A DNA stretch of 61,452 nt from positions 1 to 61,452 of the forward strand of contig JAFZIU010000028.1 in the NCBI GenBank assembly GCA_017554185.1, read 5' to 3'. Positions within the stretch are counted from its first letter, which is position 1; each line of letters begins with the position of its first letter. Positions 39,803-49,984 of the stretch are shown piece by piece. The notes beneath the pieces are model-generated. The model did not search any database. It was given only the letters and a program-made list of their open reading frames with translations, and had not been told where the DNA came from. The translations under genes were made by a program, and so were the position numbers. This stretch comes from Spirochaetia bacterium. GTDB taxonomy: Bacteria; Spirochaetota; Spirochaetia; CADAEX01.

Positions 39803-39843
39803 CCTTGATTAACTCTACTGTATAAAGCAGGTTTAATCAAGGA
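39802..39843 (-). promoter_or_regulatory. guaB promoter nested in an 11-bp inverted repeat
   Basis: TCCTTGATTAA-20 nt-TTAATCAAGGA; minus strand TTGATT-17-TAGAGT. Confidence 0.55.
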
Positions 39844-39873
39844 GTTTGAGGATTTAATGTAAAAATTACAAGG

Positions 39874-42800
39874 TTAATAAGTCTTATCGCCTATTTTTGC
39901 CAGTTTTCTATACTGGTTATAACGCCACTGGGCATTCTCCTGGGTCACTTCGAACAGCACCTTAGCCTCCTCCGGGAAGGTCTTGGTCAGGGCATCAAAG
40001 CGCACTTCGCCCCTCAGGAAGTCCTGGAACTTGTTCCAGTCAGGCTCTTTGCTGTCCAGAATAAAGCCGTTCTGTCCCAAAGCCTCCATAGCCGGGTTGA
40101 ACCGCCACAGCTGCCAGTAACCGCACTCCACAGCCTTCTTCTCCTCAAGGATAGAATGGGCCATGCCCACCTTAAGGCCGTGGTTGATACACGGAGCATA
40201 GCAGATGATGATGGATGGGCCGTTGTAGGCTTCGGCTTCCTTCACAGCACGGAAGAACTGGTCCTGGCTGGCACCGAGGGCAACCTGGGCCACATATACA
40301 TAGCCGTAGGACTTGGCAATCATACCAAGGTCCTTCTTGCGTATCTTCTTTCCAGAGGTGGCAAACTTGGCTACAGCGCCGGCCGGGGTTGCCTTGCTGG
40401 ACTGGCCTCCTGTGTTGGAGTAAACCTCGGTGTCAAGAACCAGAACATTGACGTTCTCGCCCGATGCCAGCACATGGTCAAGTCCGCCGAAGCCGATATC
40501 GTATGCCCAGCCGTCACCGCCAATAATCCACTGGGACTTCTTGGCCAGGTAGTTCTTGAGCTCAAGTATCTTCTTGCCTAACGGACCGTCACAGCAGCTT
40601 TTTATCTTGGATACTATCTTATTTCCGATCTGGCGGCTAACCAATGCATTCTCACGGTTCTCTATCCAAGTCTGGAACAGGGAGCGGGCATCTGGGTCGC
40701 AGTCTGGATTTGCGATAGCCTCCTTCATAATTGCTTCAAGCCGGTCCCGCATCTTACGGGTTGCAATTGCCATTCCAAGGCCGTATTCGGCATTGTCCTC
40801 GAACAGGGAGTTAGCCCATGCGGGACCGAAGCCGCTCTTGCAGCTGGTGCAGTAAGGTGTAGCTGGTGCAGAACCGCCGTAGATAGAGGAACAGCCTGTG
40901 GCGTTGGCCACCATCATCTCCTCGCCGAAAAGCTGGGTAAGCAGCTTGATGTAAGGGGTCTCTCCACAGCCGGCGCAGGCACCGGAGAACTGGAAGAGCG
41001 GCTGGGCGAACTGGCTGTTGCGGATGCTGGCAAACTTCTCTATCATATCATCCTTTGGGGTCACCTTCTTCATTGCATAGTTCCAGTTGGCAACCTCGCC
41101 CATCTGGGTATCAAGCGGCTTCATGACAAGTGCTTTTTCCTTGGCGGGACAGATATCGATACAGTTTCCGCAGCCAGTACAGTCAAGTACTGAAACCTGC
41201 ATGCGGTAGCCCATACCTACGAAAGGCTTCGGAGTCTTGATTGCAGTAGAGATCATGCTGAGCGGTGCGCCGTCCATCTCTTTCTCGTTCATTACAACCG
41301 GACGGATGGCAGCATGAGGACATACAGTGGAACAGCTGTTGCACTGGATACAGTTGACCGGATTCCAGTGGGGCACGTTGACTGCAATACCGCGCTTCTC
41401 GTACTCGGTGGTGCCGGCCGGGAATGTTCCGTCCTCGTAGCCCTTGAATGCGCTTACAGGCAGGTCGTTTCCCTTCTGTGCAAGCATAGGTTCCACAATC
41501 TTCTTTATGAATTCAGGGATGTTGCGCTTATCCTCTTTTTCTTCAATCACTATATCTTTCCACTCTTCCGGAATCTCAAGCTTGATTACATCGGAGCCTG
41601 CATCCACTGCGGCATAGTTCATGCTTACGATGTTCTCGCCCTTCTTGCCGTAGGACTTCTTGATGAACTTTTTCATCTGCTCCACAGCCAGGTCGTAAGG
41701 AATGACCTGAGAAATCTTGAAGAATGCTGACTGCAGGATAGTGTTGGTCCTGTTTCCAAGGCCTATCTCCTGGGCAATCTTGGTGGCATCGATTATATAC
41801 ATGTTGATGCCGTTCTCGGCCAGGTACTTCTTTACATGGTCAGGCAGCCGGTTCTTGGTCTCCTCTGCATCCCAGATAGAGTTGTAGAGGAATGTGCCGC
41901 CCTTCTTAAGACCGCGGAGACAGTCGTATTTTTCAAGATATGAGGGGACATGTACTGCCACAAAGTCAGGAGTGTTCACAAGGTATGGTGCAGCAATAGG
42001 AAGGTCGCCGAACCTGAGGTGTGAGCATGTATAGCCGCCCGACTTCTTGCTGTCGTAGTCGAAGTAAGCCTGACAGTATTTGTCTGTGTTCTCGCCGATG
42101 ATCTTGATGGAGTTCTTGTTTGCCCCGACTGTGCCGTCTGCACCCAGTCCATAGAACTTAGCCTCGAAGGTGCCTGCCGGAAGCATGGAAACCTCTGGAA
42201 GAAGCGGCAATGAGCGCCCTGTGACATCATCTACAATACCAATTGTGAACTGATTCTTAGGACTCTTGGATTCAAGGTTCTGGAATACAGAGAGGATATG
42301 AGACGGTGTTGTGTCCTTGGAAGAAAGGCCGTAGCGTCCGCCTATGATAAGAGGCTTGATATCGGAATCCTTGAAAGCTTCAACTACATCCAGATAAAGA
42401 GGATCGCCGTTGGCACCTGGCTCCTTGGTCCGGTCAAGCACACAGATGCGCTTTACGCTCTTCGGGCATACAGCCATAAGGTACTTTACAGAGAACGGCC
42501 GGTACAGATGAACTGTGATAAGGCCAGTCTTCTTGCCGTCGGAGTTAAGCTTGTCCACAGCGGTCTTGATAACGTCGGAAACAGAGCCCATGGCTATGAT
42601 GATATCCTCTGCATCGCTTGCGCCGTAGTAGCTGAACGGAGCATAGCTGCGTCCAGTGATCTTGCTTATAGCCTTCATATAGTCGGCTACAATGTCTGGA
42701 ATTGCGTCGTAATATTTATTCTGTGCCTCGCGGGTCTGGAAATAGATGTCAGGGTTCTGTGCTGTACCACGGGTGACAGGATGCTCAGGATTAAGGGATT

Positions 42801-43416
42801 TGTCGCGGAACCGCTTAAGGGCATCCCAGTCAACCAGAGGACGCAGGAGTTCCATGTCCATCTCCTCTATCTTCTGGATCTCGTGTGATGTACGGAAACC
42901 GTCGAAGAAATGGAGGAACGGGATGCTTCCTTTTATAGCAGAAAGATGAGCAACAGGTGCCAGGTCCATGACCTCCTGCACAGAGCTGGTGGCCAGCATT
43001 GCAAAGCCGGTGGCACGGGTAGCCATAACATCGGAGTGGTCACCGAATATAGAAAGGGCCTGGGCTGCAAGAGAGCGGGCTGTAACATGGAAAACGCCCG
43101 GCAGAAGCTCGCCTGCTATCTTATACATATTAGGAATCATAAGAAGAAGGCCCTGGGACGCAGTGAATGTGGTGGTCAGGGCACCAGCCTGCAGAGAACC
43201 GTGTACAGCTCCGGAAGCACCGCCTTCGGACTGCATCTCTACAACTTTGACCTGTTCGCCGAAAAGGTTTTTTCTCCCGTTGGCAGACCATTCATCAACA
43301 TACTCGGCCATCGGGGAGGAAGGAGTAATAGGGTAAATTGCCGCAACTTCACTGAACATATAGGCAATGTGTGCTGCAGCAAAGTTTCCATCGACTGTGA
43401 TCATTTTCTTAGGCAT
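39874..43416 (-). CDS. nifJ: Pyruvate:ferredoxin (flavodoxin) oxidoreductase
   Basis: YPITPS, FDGFRTSHE, two 4Fe-4S motifs, FSGACAGCGE and GGDGWAYDIG. Confidence 0.97.
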   Translation of the reverse strand: MPKKMITVDGNFAAAHIAYMFSEVAAIYPITPSSPMAEYVDEWSANGRKNLFGEQVKVVEMQSEGGASGAVHGSLQAGALTTTFTASQGLLLMIPNMYKIAGELLPGVFHVTARSLAAQALSIFGDHSDVMATRATGFAMLATSSVQEVMDLAPVAHLSAIKGSIPFLHFFDGFRTSHEIQKIEEMDMELLRPLVDWDALKRFRDKSLNPEHPVTRGTAQNPDIYFQTREAQNKYYDAIPDIVADYMKAISKITGRSYAPFSYYGASDAEDIIIAMGSVSDVIKTAVDKLNSDGKKTGLITVHLYRPFSVKYLMAVCPKSVKRICVLDRTKEPGANGDPLYLDVVEAFKDSDIKPLIIGGRYGLSSKDTTPSHILSVFQNLESKSPKNQFTIGIVDDVTGRSLPLLPEVSMLPAGTFEAKFYGLGADGTVGANKNSIKIIGENTDKYCQAYFDYDSKKSGGYTCSHLRFGDLPIAAPYLVNTPDFVAVHVPSYLEKYDCLRGLKKGGTFLYNSIWDAEETKNRLPDHVKKYLAENGINMYIIDATKIAQEIGLGNRTNTILQSAFFKISQVIPYDLAVEQMKKFIKKSYGKKGENIVSMNYAAVDAGSDVIKLEIPEEWKDIVIEEKEDKRNIPEFIKKIVEPMLAQKGNDLPVSAFKGYEDGTFPAGTTEYEKRGIAVNVPHWNPVNCIQCNSCSTVCPHAAIRPVVMNEKEMDGAPLSMISTAIKTPKPFVGMGYRMQVSVLDCTGCGNCIDICPAKEKALVMKPLDTQMGEVANWNYAMKKVTPKDDMIEKFASIRNSQFAQPLFQFSGACAGCGETPYIKLLTQLFGEEMMVANATGCSSIYGGSAPATPYCTSCKSGFGPAWANSLFEDNAEYGLGMAIATRKMRDRLEAIMKEAIANPDCDPDARSLFQTWIENRENALVSRQIGNKIVSKIKSCCDGPLGKKILELKNYLAKKSQWIIGGDGWAYDIGFGGLDHVLASGENVNVLVLDTEVYSNTGGQSSKATPAGAVAKFATSGKKIRKKDLGMIAKSYGYVYVAQVALGASQDQFFRAVKEAEAYNGPSIIICYAPCINHGLKVGMAHSILEEKKAVECGYWQLWRFNPAMEALGQNGFILDSKEPDWNKFQDFLRGEVRFDALTKTFPEEAKVLFEVTQENAQWRYNQYRKLAKIGDKTY

Positions 43417-43545
43417 GACAACCCCCTCTCATTTTAGTGAACAGAATAACAAAAACTATCAAAATGTACAATAGAAAAAATGAAATAATTATAAGATAAA
43501 TAAATTAAAATAATAAAAAAAATAAATGAGCTAAGAAAAATATAT

Positions 43546-44349
43546 TTAAAATCTTCCCTCAAGATAGGAATTGTATCTATAATTCATTTTTTCAAAGATT
43601 TCCCGCTTAATCTCCTTCCGGTCCTTCCCTTCTGTCCTTACAGGATCCAGAATCTCAATCTCGGCTGTAAGGCTCTTCTGCATAAGCATCTTGGTGAACT
43701 GTCTGGGGAACGGAAGGCCGTTGAAATAGCCTATGGTCATAAAGTCGGAAACCTTTACCGGACGGCCGCTGATGTCAGTATACATAATGCAGAGCGGCAG
43801 AACATTGACACCGGAACTGACAGCTGCCTCGATAAGAGCAGAGCGGAACGGCAGAAGCCCTTTTCCATCGGAACAGCGTCCCTCGGGGAACAGGGTTATG
43901 TTGAGGCCCTCCCCCAATGTGCGGCTTATACGCGGAATCTCTTCGCCAAGAGTGGTGATCTTACGGCGTTCTACAAAGAAGGAACCGCCGAAGAAGCAGA
44001 TCTGCCCAAGGATAGGCTTTGACCCCATCTCCTTGGAAGTGATGAAAAGAGTGTGAAAGTTGGCCAGGAGCATGAGGATGTCGATGTAGGACATGTGGTT
44101 TCCCATTATGTACCAGTTCTTCTCGGACTCAAAGATTTCTTTATTCCTGATGATGACCTTTACGTTGAGTATCCTGAGCATGATGTTGCATCCCCAGGTG
44201 GCCACCACCATAAGCTGCTTCCGCTTCTGGACCATATTGCGGGCCGGGATGATGAATGCGATGCAGCCCGAGATGAAGAAGAGCACCAGAGTGACAAGAG
44301 AGAGGGAGAATTTGACAACTACACGCACATACTTAAGCAGGGTTTCCAT
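43546..44349 (-). CDS. plsC: 1-acyl-sn-glycerol-3-phosphate acyltransferase
   Basis: NHMSYID and FPEG motifs. Start reset to ATG 44349. Confidence 0.85.
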   Translation of the reverse strand: METLLKYVRVVVKFSLSLVTLVLFFISGCIAFIIPARNMVQKRKQLMVVATWGCNIMLRILNVKVIIRNKEIFESEKNWYIMGNHMSYIDILMLLANFHTLFITSKEMGSKPILGQICFFGGSFFVERRKITTLGEEIPRISRTLGEGLNITLFPEGRCSDGKGLLPFRSALIEAAVSSGVNVLPLCIMYTDISGRPVKVSDFMTIGYFNGLPFPRQFTKMLMQKSLTAEIEILDPVRTEGKDRKEIKREIFEKMNYRYNSYLEGRF

Positions 44350-44400
44350 ATTATCAAAATAAATGGTATAATTAAAAAAAGCAACTATGGAGAGCCGGGT

Positions 44401-44820
44401 ATGGAGATAAAAAGTACAGAAATAAAAGTCCGCTATGCCGAGACCGACCAGATGGGAGTTGTCCATCACGCAGTATATCCAATTTGGTTTGAGGCCTGCC
44501 GCACCGATTTTATGGAACAGCTGGGATATCCCTATCAGAGGATTGAACAGGAGGGATTCATGACCCCTCTTATAAAGCTGGATGTAAACTACAAGTCTGG
44601 GGCAAAATATGGGGATACTGTGCTTGTGGATGCAAAGATCACCGAGCTTGGCCTTATAAAGTTCACCTTCTCCTACACTGTAAAAAGGAAGTCCGACGGG
44701 GTCTTGCTGGCAACCGGTTTCACCACATTGGCCTGCTGCGACAAGAACCTTAAAATAATAAACCTCAAGACTGCATGTCCTGAGGTTTACGAAAAGCTTG
44801 AAGCTCAGTTAGTGAAATAA
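44401..44820 (+). CDS. YbgC/FadM-type acyl-CoA thioesterase
   Basis: VRYAETDQMGVVHH motif; GGAG RBS before ATG 44401. Confidence 0.88.
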   Translation: MEIKSTEIKVRYAETDQMGVVHHAVYPIWFEACRTDFMEQLGYPYQRIEQEGFMTPLIKLDVNYKSGAKYGDTVLVDAKITELGLIKFTFSYTVKRKSDGVLLATGFTTLACCDKNLKIINLKTACPEVYEKLEAQLVK

Positions 44821-45531
44821 TCAGCGCACCTTGATGTGCTTTATAGTACCGTCCTCGTAGCCGATAAAGGCATCAATCTTCTTTAATTTAGTGAAAAGAC
44901 CAGTCTCCACCACGCCTGGAATCATGTTTATTTTCTGTTCCATCTCCGGCGGATTTATAGGCTTGTCAAAGTGAAGGTCTATAAGGATATTGCCGTTGTC
45001 GGTGATCACAGGCCCCATCTTCTTGACAGCCATGCGCACTTCTGGAACAGCACCCAGCGCTTCCATAGCCTTGGATGCAGTTACACGGGCTTCCCGTACC
45101 ACCTCCACCGGCACCTTGAAGCCGGGGCCAATGCCGGAAACCAGCTTGTCGCCGGCAGCCAGCACTGCATAGTGGTCCGATGCGTATCCTGCAATCTTTT
45201 CCTGCAGGAGGGCACCGCCACCGCCCTTGACCAGGTTGTAGTCCGGGTCAATCTCGTCTGCGCCGTCTATAGTCAGATCCAGGTGGCCGTCGATCTTGGG
45301 GTCATTAAGTGTGACCATAGGGATGCCGGCATTCTGGCACTCTATCTCGCTCTGTGAACTGGTGACAACTGCAATTATGTCAGAGAGTTTACCCTCTTTC
45401 AAAAGCTGTCCGATACGGCGGATAGCCCACTTTGCAGTGCTGCCGGTGCCAAGACCCAGCTTCATGCCGCTTTTAACCATTGCATCGGCTGCGGCGTATC
45501 CGATATTTTTCTTCAGTTCTTCGTCAGCCAT
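44821..45531 (-). CDS. rpiA: Ribose-5-phosphate isomerase A
   Basis: GLGTGST, DGADE and KGGGG motifs. Confidence 0.96.
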   Translation of the reverse strand: MADEELKKNIGYAAADAMVKSGMKLGLGTGSTAKWAIRRIGQLLKEGKLSDIIAVVTSSQSEIECQNAGIPMVTLNDPKIDGHLDLTIDGADEIDPDYNLVKGGGGALLQEKIAGYASDHYAVLAAGDKLVSGIGPGFKVPVEVVREARVTASKAMEALGAVPEVRMAVKKMGPVITDNGNILIDLHFDKPINPPEMEQKINMIPGVVETGLFTKLKKIDAFIGYEDGTIKHIKVR

Positions 45532-45536
45532 GGCAA

Positions 45537-45827
45537 TTATTTATCAGTAGCAAGACCATCCTGACTGTTGTCAGAGAAGATAGACTGCTGTGGTGCAGGT
45601 TCTGGCGCCGGTGCTGGCTTTGGAGCTGGAGCAGGCTGCGGTGCTGGTTGTGCTGGGGCTGGTGCAGGAACTGGTTGAGTAAACTCTTTTTTCTCAGGTT
45701 CCTGTGGCGCAGGTGCACTCTTGCCTTTTGCAATGCATCCGTAGAGGCATGCCAAAATTATAATTACAATTGCAATTATAATAAGGATAATCTTTTTCCC
45801 TTTGCTCTTGTCATTGGTTTCTGCCAT
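45537..45827 (-). CDS. Small membrane-anchored Pro/Ala/Gln-rich protein
   Basis: AAGGAG RBS; single TM helix; PAP repeats. Confidence 0.65.
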   Translation of the reverse strand: MAETNDKSKGKKIILIIIAIVIIILACLYGCIAKGKSAPAPQEPEKKEFTQPVPAPAPAQPAPQPAPAPKPAPAPEPAPQQSIFSDNSQDGLATDK

Positions 45828-45901
45828 GTTCTGCTCCTTTAAATATATAATCTATCTTATATTATCGGATGTAATCCTTATAAAGTCAAACAAAATAAAC
45901 C

Positions 45902-47125
45902 CTATTTTGTTACCACGCGGAACATCTTCTTCTTGCCTGCCTTGATGACCACTTCGCCGTCAGAATCAAGCACATCGGTACCGATCACAGCCTTCACATC
46001 GCGGATGTTCTTTTCTGCAACCACAGCACCGCCCTGCTCCACCAGCCGGCGGGCATCGCTCTTGGTGCCGCCAATAGCTTTGAAGAACAGGTCTACTATG
46101 CCGATTCCCGCCTCGAAGTCAGCCTTTGGAATCTCAACTGTGGGCATGTGCTCCTTGTTGCCGGCTCCGCTGAATGCAGCCCTGGCACCGGAGAGGGCCT
46201 TGTCGGCCTCTTCCTTGCTGTGGATAAGGGCGGTGACTTCGTATGCCAGCCGCTCCTTGGCAGCGTTGATGTCGCCGCTGCAGATCTGTGCAATCTCATC
46301 AAGCGGCAGGAAAGTGAAGAGCTTGAAGAACTTCTCTACATCTGGGTCGTTCACGTTTCTCCAGTACTGGAAGAAGTCGTAGACAGGTGTAAGCTCCGGA
46401 TTCAGGAAGATAGCTCCCTTCTCGCTCTTGCCCATCTTCTGTCCGTCTGATCTTGTAACAAGAGGGAATGTAAGGCCGTAGGACTCGTCGCCTGTAAGAC
46501 GGCGGATCAGGTCGATACCTGCCACAATGTTGCCCCACTGGTCGTCGCCGCCGATCTGGAGGCATGCATTGTATTTCCTGTGAAGCATCAGATAATCGTA
46601 GCTCTGTAGCAACTGATAGTTGAACTCGATGAAGGAAAGGCCTGTCTCCATCCTCTTGCGGTAGGATTCGAAGGTAAGCATCTTGTTCACCGAGAACTGT
46701 GAGCCGATCTCCCTGAGGAAGTCGATATAGTTCAGGTCTGCAAGCCAGTCCTTGTTGTTGGCAGAGAATGCAGTCTTGTCATCGAAACCGATGAACTTGT
46801 CCAGCTGCTTCTTGATGGATTCGGTGTTCTGGTCCAGCACATCATAGGAGAGCATCTTCCGCATCTCGGTCTTTCCGGAAGGATCGCCGATACGGGCTGT
46901 ACCGCCGCCCACCAGGGCAATTCCGTGGTGTCCCAGAGCTCTTAAGTGCCGAAGGGCAAAGAATGGAATCATATGGCCGATATGAAGGCTCGGGCCTGTA
47001 GGGTCGCATCCTACATAGAATGTGACAGGTCCTTTGTCCATAAGGGCAGAAAGACCGTCTACATCGGTGCACTGCTGGAAAAAACCTCTGGATTTAAGTA
47101 CTTCAAGCGCTTTGTTCATCATCAT
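45902..47125 (-). CDS. tyrS: Tyrosine--tRNA ligase
   Basis: DPTGPSLHIGH, QIGGDDQWGN and KMGKS motifs; S4 domain. Confidence 0.97.
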   Translation of the reverse strand: MMMNKALEVLKSRGFFQQCTDVDGLSALMDKGPVTFYVGCDPTGPSLHIGHMIPFFALRHLRALGHHGIALVGGGTARIGDPSGKTEMRKMLSYDVLDQNTESIKKQLDKFIGFDDKTAFSANNKDWLADLNYIDFLREIGSQFSVNKMLTFESYRKRMETGLSFIEFNYQLLQSYDYLMLHRKYNACLQIGGDDQWGNIVAGIDLIRRLTGDESYGLTFPLVTRSDGQKMGKSEKGAIFLNPELTPVYDFFQYWRNVNDPDVEKFFKLFTFLPLDEIAQICSGDINAAKERLAYEVTALIHSKEEADKALSGARAAFSGAGNKEHMPTVEIPKADFEAGIGIVDLFFKAIGGTKSDARRLVEQGGAVVAEKNIRDVKAVIGTDVLDSDGEVVIKAGKKKMFRVVTK

Positions 47126-48456
47126 ACTCTCTTATATTCTTTGTCTGCCTTGCGGATGAATGCAGGAATCTCGTCAACCTTAACACGCACCTGCTCCATG
47201 GAGTCACGGAAACGCAGTGTGACTGTGTTGTCTTCCTTGGTCTGGTAGTCAACGGTGATACAGTATGGGGTTCCGACCTCGTCCTGTCTTCTGTACCGGC
47301 GGCCGATAGCTCCGCTCTGGTCGTAGTATGTGGCAAACTCGTCACGCAGGTTGTGCTCGATGTCGGATGCAAGTTCTGCAAGACCATCTTTCTTGACCAG
47401 CGGGAACACTGCCAGCTTGATAGGAGCAATAAGCGGGTGGAAATGGAGGACAACTCTTGTGTCGCCCTCTGCAACCTGCTGCTCCTCGTATGCATCGGAA
47501 AGTACCATAAGAACGTTTCTGGTAAGTCCTGCAGATGTCTCGATGATATATGGGATGAACTTCCTGTTTGTTCCCTCTTCCAGGTAGGACTGATCCTTGC
47601 CTGAATACTGGGTGTGGCGGGTAAGGTCGTAGTCGGTTCTGTTGTGTACGCCTTCAAGCTCCTGGAAGCCCATAGGGAATTCATACTCGATGTCGTATGC
47701 GCACTTTGCATAGTGTGCCAGCTCATCTGGACCGTGCTGATGCCAGCGCAGCTTGTTCTCCCTGATTCCCATCTTCTTGTAGTAGTTCCACCGCTCGCCT
47801 CTCCAGTACTCGAACCACTTCATGTCGTCCTCGGGCTGTACGAAGTACTGCATCTCCATCTGCTCGAACTCGCAGGTTCTGAAGATGAAGTTCTTGGTCA
47901 CAATCTCGTTTCTGAATGCTTTTCCGACCTGTGCGATACCGAACGGAACCTTCATTCTGCAGTTCTGCACCACATTCTTGAAGTTTACATAGATACCCTG
48001 GGCTGTCTCCGGGCGCAGGTATACGATGTTGTTGTTGTCATCTTCCACCGGACCTATGTGGGTCTTGAACATAAGGTTGAACCGTCTGGTTGCAGTAAGC
48101 TCGCCGCCGCATTCCGGGCAGATCTTGTTCTTTGCGTTCTCCTCTGGAATCTTGTCCTCGCGGAAACGCATCTTGCACTTCTTGCAGTCTACCAATGGGT
48201 CTGTGAAGTTCTCTACATGACCGGATGCTTCCCAGACACGCGGATGCATCATGATGGCTGCGTCAATGCCTACGATATTGTCATGAAGCCTGGTCATCTC
48301 TTTCCACCAGAACTCCTGGATATTCTTCTTAAGCGCAATTCCCAGAGGACCGTAGTCCCATGCAGAGGAAAGACCTCCGTAGATTTCGCTTGACTGGAAT
48401 ACAAATCCCCTTCTCTTGCACAGGGAAACCAATGTATCCATTGTAAGTTCGCTCAT
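47122..48456 (-). CDS. glyQS: Glycine--tRNA ligase (alpha2 type)
   Basis: LRPETAQG, FRNEI, EFEQME and IGRRYRRQDE motifs. Confidence 0.96.
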   Translation of the reverse strand: MSELTMDTLVSLCKRRGFVFQSSEIYGGLSSAWDYGPLGIALKKNIQEFWWKEMTRLHDNIVGIDAAIMMHPRVWEASGHVENFTDPLVDCKKCKMRFREDKIPEENAKNKICPECGGELTATRRFNLMFKTHIGPVEDDNNNIVYLRPETAQGIYVNFKNVVQNCRMKVPFGIAQVGKAFRNEIVTKNFIFRTCEFEQMEMQYFVQPEDDMKWFEYWRGERWNYYKKMGIRENKLRWHQHGPDELAHYAKCAYDIEYEFPMGFQELEGVHNRTDYDLTRHTQYSGKDQSYLEEGTNRKFIPYIIETSAGLTRNVLMVLSDAYEEQQVAEGDTRVVLHFHPLIAPIKLAVFPLVKKDGLAELASDIEHNLRDEFATYYDQSGAIGRRYRRQDEVGTPYCITVDYQTKEDNTVTLRFRDSMEQVRVKVDEIPAFIRKADKEYKRV

Positions 48457-48458
48457 TT

Positions 48459-49940
48459 TTATACCTCGCCCTTTAAAAATTTTATTGCAGTTTGAATTCT
48501 ATTCTGTGTCTCTTCCGCACCCAGCAGCTTGATGCTGCCTACGATCGGAGGAGAGATTTTTGTTCCTGTTACAGCGACACGGAGAATCATAAGGAAGTCT
48601 CCAAGCTTTACCCCAAGCTCGTCGCACTTTGCCCTTAAGACCGGCTCTATAGCCTCTTCGGAAAGCTCTATGAACTGGCTTATCATGGTGTCGTGGATTG
48701 CCAGGAGCCCCAGTGTCTTCTCTTTGTCCAGCTTCTTGGGGATAAGCTCTTCTATATTGTAGCTCTCCGGAGCCTTGAAGAGGAAACCGATCACTTCGGG
48801 GATGTCGGAAAGATATTTAAGCCGCTCTTTTGCAAGGGGAACAGCTTTCTTAAGGATATCTTCCTCTTCCGGTGTCATAGGGGTGTGGACTATGCCGGCC
48901 TTCTCAAGATAAGGCATAAGGAGCTCTGTCAGCTCTGCATTGCTCTTCTTGCGGATGTACTGGCCGTTGAACCAGTCCAGCTTCTTGTAATCGAACACTC
49001 CTGGTGCCTTGTTAAGCTTATCCAGTGTAAAGAGTTCCTCCAGCTCCTCCCGGGTAAAGAACTCTCTTGAGTCGTCGTAGCTCCAGCCTATGAGAGATAC
49101 ATAGTTCAGGATAGCCTCCGGCAGATAGCCCTTGGCCCGGAAATCCCGGAGCGATGTGGAGCCATGCCGCTTGGAAAGCTTCTGGCCGTCGTTTCCCATT
49201 ACCATAGGAAGGTGACAGTAGACCGGCGGCTCCCAACCGAAAGCTTTATAGAGTATAACGTGCAGAGGAATGGATGGAACCCACTCCTGGGCCCGCAGTA
49301 TATGGGTAATCTTCATGAAGTGGTCATCGATTACATTGGCCAGATGATAGGTCGGGAAACCGTCGGACTTAAGAAGAATCGGGTCGGGGCTAATGTCGGA
49401 ATTCTTTTTCCGCATGTGACCAAGGAGGAAATCGTCGAACTCGGTGTAGCCCTCTGTTGGAATCTTAAGGCGGATTACCGGCTTAATCCCTGCATCTTTG
49501 TAGGCCTGCTCCTCTTCCGGGGTCAGGTGGCGGCAGTGACGGTCGTAGCCGAAATCCTTCTTCTCCTTAGTCTGCTTTTCCCTAAGCTGTTCAAGCCGCT
49601 CCGGGGTGCAGTAGCAGTAGTAAGCCTGGCCGCTTTCCACCAGCTTCTTGGCATATTCACGATAAAGCTCGGTACGCTCAGACTGCACATAGGGACCATA
49701 ATTGCCCCCTACTACAGGACCCTCGTCCCATTTCACCCCCAGCCATTCCAGTGTGGAATAGAGGTCGTCCAGTGATTCATCCGAATAGCGTTCCCGGTCG
49801 GTGTCCTCTATTCTCAAGATGAACTTGCCACCCTGGGAACGGGCAAAAAAGTAGTTGAACAGAGCGGTTCTGACACCGCCTATATGCTGAAGCCCTGTCG
49901 GCGACGGGGCATATCTGACTCTTACTTCTGTTTTTTCCAT
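48459..49940 (-). CDS. gltX: Glutamate--tRNA ligase
   Basis: RYAPSPTG, HIGG and KLSKR motifs. Start 49940 preferred (7 nt below the -10 box). Confidence 0.96.
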   Translation of the reverse strand: MEKTEVRVRYAPSPTGLQHIGGVRTALFNYFFARSQGGKFILRIEDTDRERYSDESLDDLYSTLEWLGVKWDEGPVVGGNYGPYVQSERTELYREYAKKLVESGQAYYCYCTPERLEQLREKQTKEKKDFGYDRHCRHLTPEEEQAYKDAGIKPVIRLKIPTEGYTEFDDFLLGHMRKKNSDISPDPILLKSDGFPTYHLANVIDDHFMKITHILRAQEWVPSIPLHVILYKAFGWEPPVYCHLPMVMGNDGQKLSKRHGSTSLRDFRAKGYLPEAILNYVSLIGWSYDDSREFFTREELEELFTLDKLNKAPGVFDYKKLDWFNGQYIRKKSNAELTELLMPYLEKAGIVHTPMTPEEEDILKKAVPLAKERLKYLSDIPEVIGFLFKAPESYNIEELIPKKLDKEKTLGLLAIHDTMISQFIELSEEAIEPVLRAKCDELGVKLGDFLMILRVAVTGTKISPPIVGSIKLLGAEETQNRIQTAIKFLKGEV

Positions 49941-49947
49941 GCGCATT

Positions 49948-49976
49948 ATTATAATTATTTAATATTGCATGGTCAA
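49948..49976 (-). promoter_or_regulatory. sigma70 promoter of the gltX-glyQS-tyrS operon (leaderless)
   Basis: TTGACC-17-TATAAT-7-ATG. Confidence 0.7.
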
Positions 49977-49984
49977 TAAGCAGG

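Noticed and set aside
43417-43545. Very AT-rich intergenic region as an ncRNA or origin
   Set aside because: No stable structure or DnaA boxes seen; consistent with the nifJ promoter/UP-element region.
45585-45675. Tandem repeat or CRISPR-like array
   Set aside because: Degenerate codon-level repeats encoding Pro-Ala, with no constant repeat/spacer structure.
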